DNA from: Octopus sinensis | Taxonomy: Eukaryota | Assembly (NCBI RefSeq): GCF_006345805.1 | Contig: NC_042997.1 | Span: 58,466,001-58,530,000, forward strand | DNA: 64,000 nucleotides | Reading direction: 5' to 3' | Shown: positions 27,580 through 38,139 of the stretch, piece by piece | How positions within the stretch are numbered: position 1 is the stretch's first letter | How the letters are laid out: each line of letters opens with the position of its first letter | Notes under the pieces: model-generated | Databases searched by the model: none | What the model was told of the DNA's origin: nothing | What the model saw: the letters and a program-made list of their open reading frames with translations, nothing else | Position numbers and translations under genes: made by a program

Positions 27580-27619
27580 CTGAGGACGGGTAACCACCCA
27601 GAAACTCGAGTCCGTGTGT
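27580..27619 (+). ncRNA. Hammerhead core intact but 5' strand of stem I deleted
   Basis: CUGAGGA-cGGGUaaccACCCa-GAAA-CUCGAG-UC-CGUGUGU. The upstream acacacg is lost, apparently by a microhomology deletion. Confidence 0.65.
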
Positions 27620-28241
27620 ATCATGTAAGGCTAGGGATGGGAGCGTTGATCTCCCATCGCAAATACTAATCGGACATACAATGTGTGTCGTTAGCCAGTT
27701 GGAAGACATGTCTTCATGGGGCTATAAACATCAGTAGCACTGTCCCGTATAGGGCGCTACAATTGGTTGGCAATTATATGTTACGATTCTGTATTGCTAC
27801 TACTTATATCTCGCTCATAGATTCAGTATAGCTTATTTCTCCTTTAGTACTCATGTAGTACCCTTGTGTATATATATGTACACATCTAACAGTGTATGTA
27901 TATATTTTATTAATTTGTCTGTACGTCTGATAATTCGCTTACTACTCGTGATAGTATTTTAATATCATCCCTATATATAATATCGTTTCTATGTGTGCTT
28001 TTGGCATGGTTTTAGAATTATTTTATTTGTTACCAAAGATTTTCCGCCTGCTTATGTTCTTATTTATTATGCTAAAGCTGTAGTTAATAATTGTGAGGGC
28101 TTGTGTATTTAAACCAATTATATTTTTCTAGATAATGATTGTTTTTTAATATCAGTCTGACACATGCTGTACTCATTTTCTGTGTCGTTGTTTACGTCAT
28201 GAAAAGGCCATAGAAATCACAACATCAATAATTTCATTTAC

Positions 28242-28421
28242 CTCCTGTCTCTCACAGTTTCTCTCCAGACTAGCAATAGCGCCGTACGTGTTACAAGAAT
28301 GTTGTATGCATTCATCACTGATTCCAAGCAGCCGACCGCACGATCCTTGAGCTCCGTCGCACACTATCACTACAATTCGACCATCCGTTTCTTCTGCTTC
28401 TTTCACATGACTTCTCGAAAA
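28242..28421 (-). CDS. Coding exon with DG motif (GRIVVIVCDGAQGSCGRLLGI) of the same gene
   Basis: Acceptor tttattttgcag at 28422, donor gag|gtaaat at 28241. 180 nt, phase 0 to 0; only this frame is open. CDGA-x-S...R.LGI resembles the group A flavoprotein monooxygenase DG fingerprint. Confidence 0.8.
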
Positions 28422-28582
28422 CTGCAAAATAAACAAAATAAATAAATAAATCAACGAATAAATAACTAAATAAATAAATGTAGACGTGATTATACTTTAT
28501 CGTATTACGAGTGGTTTAGAAAATTGAAGAATATAGAGATCACTGAAGGAACTGTGTATTGCTGCCGCCCCAATATCAATTC

Positions 28583-28735
28583 CTGGTGATTAACACACGC
28601 TGAGGACGGGTAACCACTCAGAAACTCGAGTCCGTGTGTATCATGTAAGGATGGGAGCGTTGATCTCCCATCGCAAATACTAATCGGACATAGAATGTGT
28701 GTCGTTAGCCAGTTGGAAGACATGTCTTCCTGGGG

Positions 28736-28740
<5 letters not shown>
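28583..28740 (+). mobile_element. Additional partial copy of subfamily B with an intact hammerhead
   Basis: Near-identical to 27580-27726. Confidence 0.8.
28593..28639 (+). ncRNA. Type I hammerhead ribozyme, canonical core (CUGAGGA/GAAA/GUC)
   Basis: ACACACG-CUGAGGA-c GGGU aacc ACUC a-GAAA-CUCGAG-U-C-CGUGUGU. 7 bp stem I extended beyond a UA bulge (UGAU/AUCA); palindromic stem III ACUCGAGU. Confidence 0.88.
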
Positions 28741-28797
<57 letters not shown>

Positions 28798-28864
28798 ATT
28801 TGTATGTTTTGCTTTATGTATGTACTCTTATACATATAGTTGCATATCTAGACATGTTGATATA

Positions 28865-29060
28865 TACTTAAATGATAAATTTCTGGAAAGTTTTACAGAT
28901 TTTTATAGTTCCACTGATGGATTGGCTCTTTAGTCTTTGAATTAGCTTGCTCTTTTCTGATTTTGAAAGCCTAATTTCTCAAGATTGCTATTTAAGCAGT
29001 GTGTTACATATCCCAAGACCTCAATAATTACAGGTATAAATCGGACCTTGTAATCTGAAT
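28865..29060 (-). mobile_element. Degraded 3' end of a restriction-endonuclease-type (R4/Dong-like) non-LTR element
   Basis: DYKVRFIPVIIEVLGYVTHCLNSNLEKLGF...KLIQRL..SISGTIKICKTFQKFII* resembles REL-retrotransposon C-termini (recognised from memory). Confidence 0.45.
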
Positions 29061-29339
29061 AAAGTAATATGTATGTATGTATGCATGTACGTATGCATAC
29101 ATTTATATATACATGAGTGTGAACGTGTCTGTGTGTGTTGTGTGTGAGTGTGTGTCTGTGTGTGTGGTGTATGTGTAAATAGTATGAAATTTAAAAACGA
29201 ATAATAAATATTCTGATTACATTAGACATTTTGATTTTTCATTAGAATTATCTTTGAACACGTGGTGGAGCGGTTACAGATTACGCAGTCATCTCGATCT
29301 GTTAGGATAAGCAGCTGCAGCCAGTGAACATTCCCAACA

Positions 29340-29436
29340 CACACACACACATATACATATGTACATATATACATACATGTATATATGTATATATATATAT
29401 ATTATATATATATATATACATATATACGTATATATA

Positions 29437-29469
<33 letters not shown>

Positions 29470-29498
29470 ACATATATATATATTATATATATATATAC

Positions 29499-29548
<50 letters not shown>

Positions 29549-29558
29549 ACATATATAT

Positions 29559-29590
<32 letters not shown>

Positions 29591-29633
29591 CATATATATA
29601 TATACATATATATATATACATATATATATATAC

Positions 29634-29664
<31 letters not shown>

Positions 29665-29685
29665 CATATATATATATTATATATA

Positions 29686-29729
<44 letters not shown>

Positions 29730-29790
29730 ATATATATATATATAGAAAGATAGATAGATAGATATAGATAGATAGATAGATAGATAGACA
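29340..29790. repeat. (TA)n/(TAGA)n microsatellite
   Basis: Direct inspection. Confidence 0.95.
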
Positions 29791-30491
29791 TATATCAATG
29801 ACTGATTAAACATAAAGTACCTATCTGTAATATGCATTATTGGTATTATTGATTTATTAACTTCTTGAGGTTAAAATGATTGTATTTAACAATTCACTTA
29901 CTACAGACTACATTGCACCCAAACCTGATGGCTGTAACAATATCAATACATATCAATAATCAATACACATACATTAGTACATGACTCCATGACTCATACG
30001 TATATATATATATAATTAATATAAACAGCAGTTTGCAATGTTTCACCAAACAGAAACATAATTGTCACTAAATGTGACTAATGTGTTGGAAATACCTATG
30101 TTGCTAGAAATAAGAGCAAAGCCGCTCTGATGTTGTTGGTAATGCACATGATTGAAAACATATACACTGACAGGGACCGACCAATAATTTTTAATACTGA
30201 CGGCTGTTTCGGCAATTTCCGTCGCCTCGTCAGTTAAGCCCGCTCGATTGTTCGGCTCTTTTGGCACTCGCTTCGCCATAGATATTTATGTTTTCGTCAT
30301 CCAAATTATTGGATTATTTAACGATTCGTTAATGTGCATATATAAAATTAATGTAAACAGCAGAACTACAAAATTAGAGCGGTTTAGATTTTTATTCTAG
30401 CAATGTAGGTGTTTCCGAACACCATAGTCACATTTAGAGACAAACGCAAACGCGTTTTACGCGCGCGCACACACACACACACATGCAAACT

Positions 30492-30900
30492 GCGCAGGAG
30501 TGGCTGTGTGGTAAGTAGCTTGCTAACCAACCACATGGTTCCGGGTTCAGTCCCACTGCGTGGCATCTTGGGCAAGTGTCTTCTGCTATAGCCCCGGGCC
30601 GACCAATGCCTTGTGAGTGGATTTGGTAGAAGGAAACTGAAAGAAGCCTGTCGTATATATGTGTATATATATATATATGTATGTGTTTGTGTGTCTGTGT
30701 TTGTCCCCCTAGCATTGCTTGACAACCGATGCTGGTGTGTTTACGTCCCCGTCACTTAGCGGTTCGGCAAAAGAGACCGATAGAATAAGTACTGGGCTTA
30801 CAAAGAATAAGTCCCGGGGTCGATTTGCTCGACTAAAGGCGGTGCTCCAGCATGGCCGCAGTCAAATGACTGAAACAAGTAAAAGAGTAAAAGAGAGAGT
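30492..30900 (+). mobile_element. Full-length tRNA-derived SINE (family B) with LINE-like 3' tail
   Basis: A box tggctgtgtggta, B box ggttcagtccc, internal microsatellite, tail ggcggtgctccagcatggccgcagtcaaatgactgaaaca. Confidence 0.9.
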
Positions 30901-31200
30901 AAACTTATGTAGTTACACATATATACAAGTTGTAATAATGCGCAGTGGATGCATTTCCAATTTTATAGTACGCAGTCCTAACACATACATATTAAATGAT
31001 TTCAAAACACCACTGTTTGGTTTGACTTCCTTATACGGTATGATATTAATAGAATCTAATGATCCCAACTCCACTTAGACAGTTATTCTAACCAGGATTC
31101 GGAGTAGTTTGTTATGTTTAACTCGAATAGAAAATTCTGGTAGCGTTCATTGCTTCTTAGGGTTAGACGAAATAACACACGCACGTACACACACACAGTC

Positions 31201-31282
<82 letters not shown>

Positions 31283-32480
31283 TATATATATATGTACATA
31301 TATATATCTACATACATGTACAACACAAGAGAGACAATGTTTAGCAAATATGTTGTTAATTTAGCGCTGTAATGGAAAGAAACAGTGTATTGGGGTTTCG
31401 GATGTTAATCCTTTATCAGAAGAAAAGGAAACGCATAGAGGGGTTAAAAAGAAGAATAGTCACACATGGATATCACTCCGTATACACATTTAATACATTA
31501 AATTTATTCCTTGCAAACGATGCATACTCTCAGGCCAACGTAACGCAACGATAATAACTCACCTCCCTTCACATTACATGTCAAATATCTAGCTACGGTA
31601 TTAACATAGTAATCCAAATACTTGTCGAGATTCGATATCATTAACGGGTTTCACATTTAGGATAACATACATAGATACATACATGCTTACATACATAGCA
31701 TATGCACTCCAACGAGAACAAAAAAACTGTTCCAGTATATTTGGAAGTTGAGAAAAGGATTGAGGATAGACGGAATAATTATTAATAACGGAGTCTTCAA
31801 TAGAGACAGTTCTTTCTTTACTAATAGAGAAGGGTCTGTAAAGTAGGCCAGGTTTTAATTTTAGCTGTGGCAAATCTTTATTATCTATTGTAAAGTATTC
31901 TATGCATTCATTTTGTTATTACAATAAAAAATAATTCTTTTTTGTTGCTATATAAAAACTCATATAAAACATTAGTGAATGAACTCCGAACTCATAAAGA
32001 CGTGTGTACATGTCTCCTCTAATGTCGATTATTGTGTTTAACGAAGTGGAATAGCTTTCAATTTTAAGTGGAGTATTACACATTCACTTTGTTCTACATT
32101 TGCGCTTCGTCTGAGTTACAATACCAACAGTAATTTGTAAAGCACACTACCAGAAATGTGACACAAACAGCTCTATCAATTTTTTTTTATATCTTGTTGT
32201 ATTACAATTAGACGTCTTGCTAAGTTATATAATGTCTCATCATTTATGCTGTGCAAGTGGAATAATGGAACAAGCCATAATTCAGACATTGAAATGCCAG
32301 TGATTCTTTAAATAAAATTATCTACTACAAATCAGTGCTTCTTTCTGTTGCTGTTGTTTTCTTTTAAATTTCTAGTTTGCTTTAGTTTTATATTCATTTA
32401 TTCAAGTGTAAAAAACGTTAATTTGTAGATATCCACGAAAACTAATTTGCGAGACATGGTATGATTTATACATACATACA

Positions 32481-32538
<58 letters not shown>

Positions 32539-32631
32539 GATACATATACATATATACATTAATTGAGTACATAATTTTATGAGTATAATTATAAAACTAT
32601 ATTAAGGGCAACTAGCAAGTATTTCTACAGG

Positions 32632-32694
<63 letters not shown>

Positions 32695-33132
32695 TAGTAT
32701 GAGTATAGACAGGTACAGATAAGAATACCCTATCGTCCTGGTCTTCCAATGGTATTTTACTCCATACTCCTACTAGTTATACTATACATAAACCTAGCTC
32801 ATGCATTAGGGATAAAAACCATTCCCTTAATGGATTTTTAAAAAAATACACGCATGACTAGCTAATCATATACACCAGCACTTAGCAATAAAATTGCGCC
32901 CTACAAATTGAGCAGAGTAATAACAATATGGAACACTATCCAGTGTATTAAATTATGAATTTATAAATATAAACCTTTATGTACATTTGGGTAATTAAGT
33001 ATAATATAGTGTAATTTATTAAAACTAAACTGCTTTCAACATAAAAGATACAGACGTTGTTTGCTTATTGAACTCATTTGATTTTGTATTTCATATTGTT
33101 TACTGTTGGTGATGTTCTGTACCCATATATGC

Positions 33133-33163
<31 letters not shown>

Positions 33164-33764
33164 CCATGCACGCAGGTCTGTGTGTGTGTAATGATAGCAC
33201 GTGTGTCTTTGTGTGTGTGTGTGTTGTTGGGCTTAGTATCGTTTAAGGTCATAGGAAAAATTTATAGTAGGAGTGGCTCCTGTTGTGTGTCTACCTACAC
33301 ATGTGCGTAGGAGAATGGTCAGTGAAAGGTACTGGTGGTTTGAAGTATGTGTGTGTGCGTATATTATGTGCGTATGTATGTGCGTGTGTATATGTGCGCA
33401 TAAATTCATCTGATCCCAAAACATACCACTACAAGCGAAAGCGTCTGTTAGAAGAGGATCAGAGAAACTGTAAACCAAATTCCCTTTTTTTACTATTTTC
33501 ATTTAACACTTGTATTTTTTTCAGTATGACTTGTCGACCACCACTAAAATTAATGAACTTTGTACATTCAAACAAATTGATATACAGTTTTAATTTTATG
33601 GACGGCTATGAACATTCAAACTTACACCTTCTGTTTTGATTATGTTAATTTTTCAACATTGAAACATTCTAATTTGTTAACATTGAAACTTTTAAAGATG
33701 TTTTTCTAATTTTAAACTTTTATCATTGATAAAAAATATTGTTGAAACTAGTTTTATTCCCTTA

Positions 33765-34808
33765 TTATTCTCTTATATGTTTCAGTCCAATGACTGTGGC
33801 CATGCTGGAGCACCGCCATTGTAATCATCTTTCCACTTTCCACCTTTCTCAGAGCGGCTTCTAGTGAAGAATGGAGTTCGATGCTACTGCCCTCTTTTGA
33901 GTTTCTTGCTTAGATATTGGCTCATCTGGAATCTCAGCGAGCCAGAGGTCAAGTTCATGTTTGAAAACATCTACATCCACTCCATAGAGGCTCCTCAGAT
34001 GCTTCGGCAGACAGTTAAACAGCTGTGGGCCCTTGAAACCCAAGCTATTGCAGTACATCGTCCTTGCTCGAGATGAAGCAGTCGGCACAATGGGGACAGC
34101 ACAGTGACGTCCTGTTCGTGTTCTGGTATAGCTCTTTATTCCAAAGTTTGGTACCAGTCCTTCCAGTATCTTCCATATATATATATCATTGCATACGTCT
34201 CCCGCCTTCGTTCCAGGGAATAGAGTCGCAGCTCTTTCAACCTGTCCCAGTAACTCAATCGTTCCATTGATGCAACTTTCTTTGTGTAATGTCGTTGGAC
34301 TGCTTCAAGCTCTGCTATCGTCCTTTTATAGGGCGCCCATAACTGAAAGCAGTAGTCCAGGCGGCTGAGGATAAATGACTTCCATAGTGTCATCATAGTT
34401 TCTTGGTCCTTTGTGCGGAAGGTTCTCAGAATCCAACCAGCCAGTCTTCTGGATACTAACATTTTGTTGATATGTGTGTGAAATGAGGCATTGTTGCTCA
34501 TTTCTATTCCAAGATCACGCACCGTATTTGATTCTGGGATCGTTGTTCCACTTGGTCCAACGTACTGATGTCGTGATTCTTGAGCAGTGCTTAACTGGTA
34601 GCGGAGGGCCTGGAATTTACTTGCATCAAATTGCATTTTGTTATCCTCAGCCCATCTATATCCTTCTGTATGAGGGTAGCATCACAGGTTTCCTTGACTG
34701 ACTATACGACTTTTGTGTCGTCGGCATAGCTGGTAAGCATGACTGCCTTTGTCACTGATGGCATATCCGATAGGTCTACCATGTAAAGCAGTGGCGCCAG
34801 CACAGTTT
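33765..34808 (-). mobile_element. Same LINE family, 3' fragment including the YADD motif, frameshifted
   Basis: TVLAPLL..SYADDTKV, ORFs 34136..34636 and 33861..34088, same 3' tail at 33781-33819. Confidence 0.9.
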
Positions 34809-34889
34809 GGTATATATGTAAATAAATATATATATGTAAATAAATGTATTTTAAACATTTACGAGTTTTTGAAATTTAGGTGCATTTTC

Positions 34890-34898
34890 ACAACATAT

Positions 34899-34944
<46 letters not shown>

Positions 34945-34980
34945 CATATTATAATATATATATACATATATATATATCTA

Positions 34981-35029
<49 letters not shown>

Positions 35030-35243
35030 CATATATATAATATACATATATATATATCTATACAATATATATACATATATATAATATATATATATATATT
35101 ATAGATACATATATATATAATATATTATACATATATATTATATACATATATAATATACATCTTATATATATATATATACATATATATTACATATATATAT
35201 ATATTAATATATACATATATATTATACATATATATATTATATA

Positions 35244-35278
<35 letters not shown>

Positions 35279-35322
35279 GAATACATACATTTACACACAC
35301 ACAAACATATATATATATATAT
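34890..35322. repeat. (TA)n compound microsatellite
   Basis: Direct inspection. Confidence 0.95.
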
Positions 35323-35324
35323 AG

Positions 35325-36439
35325 CGGGAAGCTTTATGAAAATAAACAAAAGACGAAGGCAGGTGGAAGACAAACGAACAATTGTATAGTATGGCGCTCA
35401 GGAAATATAAATAAAACAAGTCTTTAACGTTTCGAGCCTACGCTCTTCAATAGAAAGATACACAGAGAGAGAAAAACACAGAAAGAAGGAGAGAAAAAAA
35501 AATGCGTGCAGTAGCTAACGAATCAACATGGCGATCTGATTTCGGCCAGAGGTCAAAGATCAAACATGAGACGCGAGAGCGAAATAAGGGGAGATAATAG
35601 GGTTGATAAAAGGGTTGAGTGACCAGCTAAAAGTGCGTGGGAGGGGTCTGGATGTGTGTATGTATAGGGTTGGTGTATGTATTAGTATGTATACGGGTGT
35701 GTGTGTGTGTGTGTGTGTGTGTTTGTGTATGAGAGAGTATTAGTGCGTAAGATTGGTCTGGATGTGCGTATGTATGGGTTGGGTATGTATTAGTATGTAT
35801 TAGTATGTATTAGTACGTATTGGTATGTATAGGTGTGTGTGTGTGTGTGTGAGAGAGTATAAGTGCGTATGCGGGGTCTGGACGTGTGTATGTATAGGGT
35901 TGGTGTTTGTAGTATTAGTATGTACTAGTATGTATTAGTACGTATTAGTATGTATTAGTTGGTGTGTGTATTAGTATGGCACATCATATGTGATGTGATG
36001 TGTAAGTCATGTGGTGTAGTGAGGAGAAGAGGGGGAGGGGAGAGAGAGGGGGGGAGAGAAGGGGAGGGGAAGAAGAGGGGGAGGAGAAGGGGGAAGAGGA
36101 GACGATGGGGGAGAAGGAAGGTGAGGAGGGGGATGAAGGAGGGAGGAAGAGGGAGAGGGGGAGAGAGAGAAGGGGAGAGAGGGAGTGAGGGAGCAGAGGG
36201 AAGGGGAAGAGGGAGGGAGAGAAAGAGGGAAGAAGGGAAGGGGAGTAGGGGTGAAAGGATGAAGGACTGAAGAAGTAGGGGTCGGGGGGAGAAAGGATAG
36301 GTGAGGAGGGGGGAGAGGGGGGTTAGATGAGGAGGGGGGAGAGTTGAGACCAAATGACGTATAAGAGCGAAGAGAGAAGATTAATTCCTGTTCACGGCGC
36401 AAACGGGAATCCGGATGGCCTCTGTGTAAGGACAAACCG

Positions 36440-36444
<5 letters not shown>
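35325..36444 (-). mobile_element. Penelope-like element 3' end: endonuclease C-terminus, pyrimidine tract, minisatellite and terminal repeat with degenerate HHR-like motif
   Basis: RLRREQELIFSLRSYTSFGLN matches the PLE R..RE..I..L....GLN end. GAGCgtagGCTC-GAAACGTT at ~35423-35447; the terminal repeat recurs at 43062-43250. Confidence 0.6.
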
Positions 36445-36490
<46 letters not shown>

Positions 36491-36789
36491 CATACATATA
36501 AGAGGGAGGGATTACCACTTATATGTATGTAATATATTTTTTCTGAATCTTCCGATTTTAATATGCTAGACCACTGGTTTTAAATTGATATTAATCAAAT
36601 TAATATTCAATTTTTCACCCTTATTATTTTAAACATATATATATACACACATACATATATACTTACATACATAAATACATACATATATGCATATACATAA
36701 ATATGTATATATACATAAATAAATACATATACATGTATATACATGAAAACATACATTCATACATATACATACATACATATATATATATA

Positions 36790-37165
36790 TATGAAAAAAC
36801 AAGTCAGGATTGAAAATGCTAAAATAATTTTATAAAGAACATTTCAGTACCGGTTTCAGTTATTGAGACTTTTTCAACTGTAACAATTAAATAATTAGAT
36901 TTAGAAAAATTAAAAGAAAAGTTTTTTTTTAAAGATTATTTGTATAGTGTCCAGATATAAGTGGCATTTTCCTTGTTTCTGCCTGTCTCTGTCTCTCTTG
37001 TTTACTCTTGTGGGTTCAAGGTCGTTGTGAATTCTTGGTAGGGAAGAAGAAGGAGGAGGAGGAGGAGGAGGAGAAGGGGAGGAGGAAGACGAAGAATTTG
37101 GGAGTGCCATGATTGTAGTATTTTGAATGGTCAGTGGAGGCTAGCAGTTGCTGTTTAATTCATGA
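36790..37165 (-). mobile_element. Probable PLE 3' terminal fragment carrying the U3-A8 hammerhead
   Basis: Degraded ORF end followed by the HHR motif. Assignment is by architecture only. Confidence 0.4.
36843..36883 (-). ncRNA. Minimal hammerhead with U3-A8 core variant
   Basis: UUaCAG-UUGAAAA-AGU cucaaua ACU-GAAA-CCGG-U-A-CUGaAA. Palindromic stem III ACCGGU. Confidence 0.55.
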
Positions 37166-37169
37166 AAAT

Positions 37170-37472
<303 letters not shown>

Positions 37473-38139
37473 GTTGGTGTTTGAATTCAGAATAACGAAC
37501 TATCAAAACTAGATACATTTAATCTAATGATCCACTGACAAACCCTTCAGCATCCCTTTTATGTTTTAATTATTACATTATGATAGAAACATGTTCCTAT
37601 GCTTCCTTTCACCCTCACAACTGATGACGATTTTCTCCACAAAAGAAATTTCGTAATTACTTTGGAAATATACTGTGAAAGTGGAGTTCTTTTTCTTTTT
37701 GATTTTTATCTTTCATCTTACTTCGTTGATTTCCTTCTATAATTGATAGCAAATTATTTCATTCTGCAAGAGTTTTCACTAATCGAAATCACAACGTTCA
37801 ATGACACGATGCCAAATCATTAAAATTCTAATTTTCAATACAGTGCCCAAACAACAAAAGTAAAAACAAAAACAAAAACAGACAAACAAACAAAATGAAT
37901 TACATTTTAATTTAAATGATAATACATTATATTTGTGATTTCAGAATACCAATTCCAGCAAACCTTTATCAAAAATATTCTAGCCATGGTCATCTAGTCT
38001 TAGTGTATATAGAACTACTTAGGGTATATAAAACTATATTAGCCAACGAGGGAAATTTAGCCGCTATTTCTAGGAGGCGGAATGATCAATTAAATACTCT
38101 CTTATTGTTCGTATGAGACTAGTTAACTCTTTAAAATTC

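Larger units (their letters stand above)
26958..27845. mobile_element. Retrozyme-like HHR repeat, subfamily B: 357 nt tandem unit plus an inverted copy
   Basis: tactatat anchors at 27164 and 27521 (period 357); unit 1 has an internal deletion. 27545-27845 is an inverted copy. Homologous by eye to subfamily A over the whole unit. Confidence 0.8.

Noticed and set aside
26958-28740. CRISPR-like interpretation of the recurring palindromic repeats
   Set aside because: Units are about 357 nt with no unique spacers, there are no cas genes, and the context is eukaryotic.
30096-30279. ORF MAKRVPKEPNN... with a donor, as possible first exon of the monooxygenase gene
   Set aside because: Ends in phase 1 (exon 28421 needs phase 0), lacks GxGxxG, and overlaps a hammerhead-like repeat motif.
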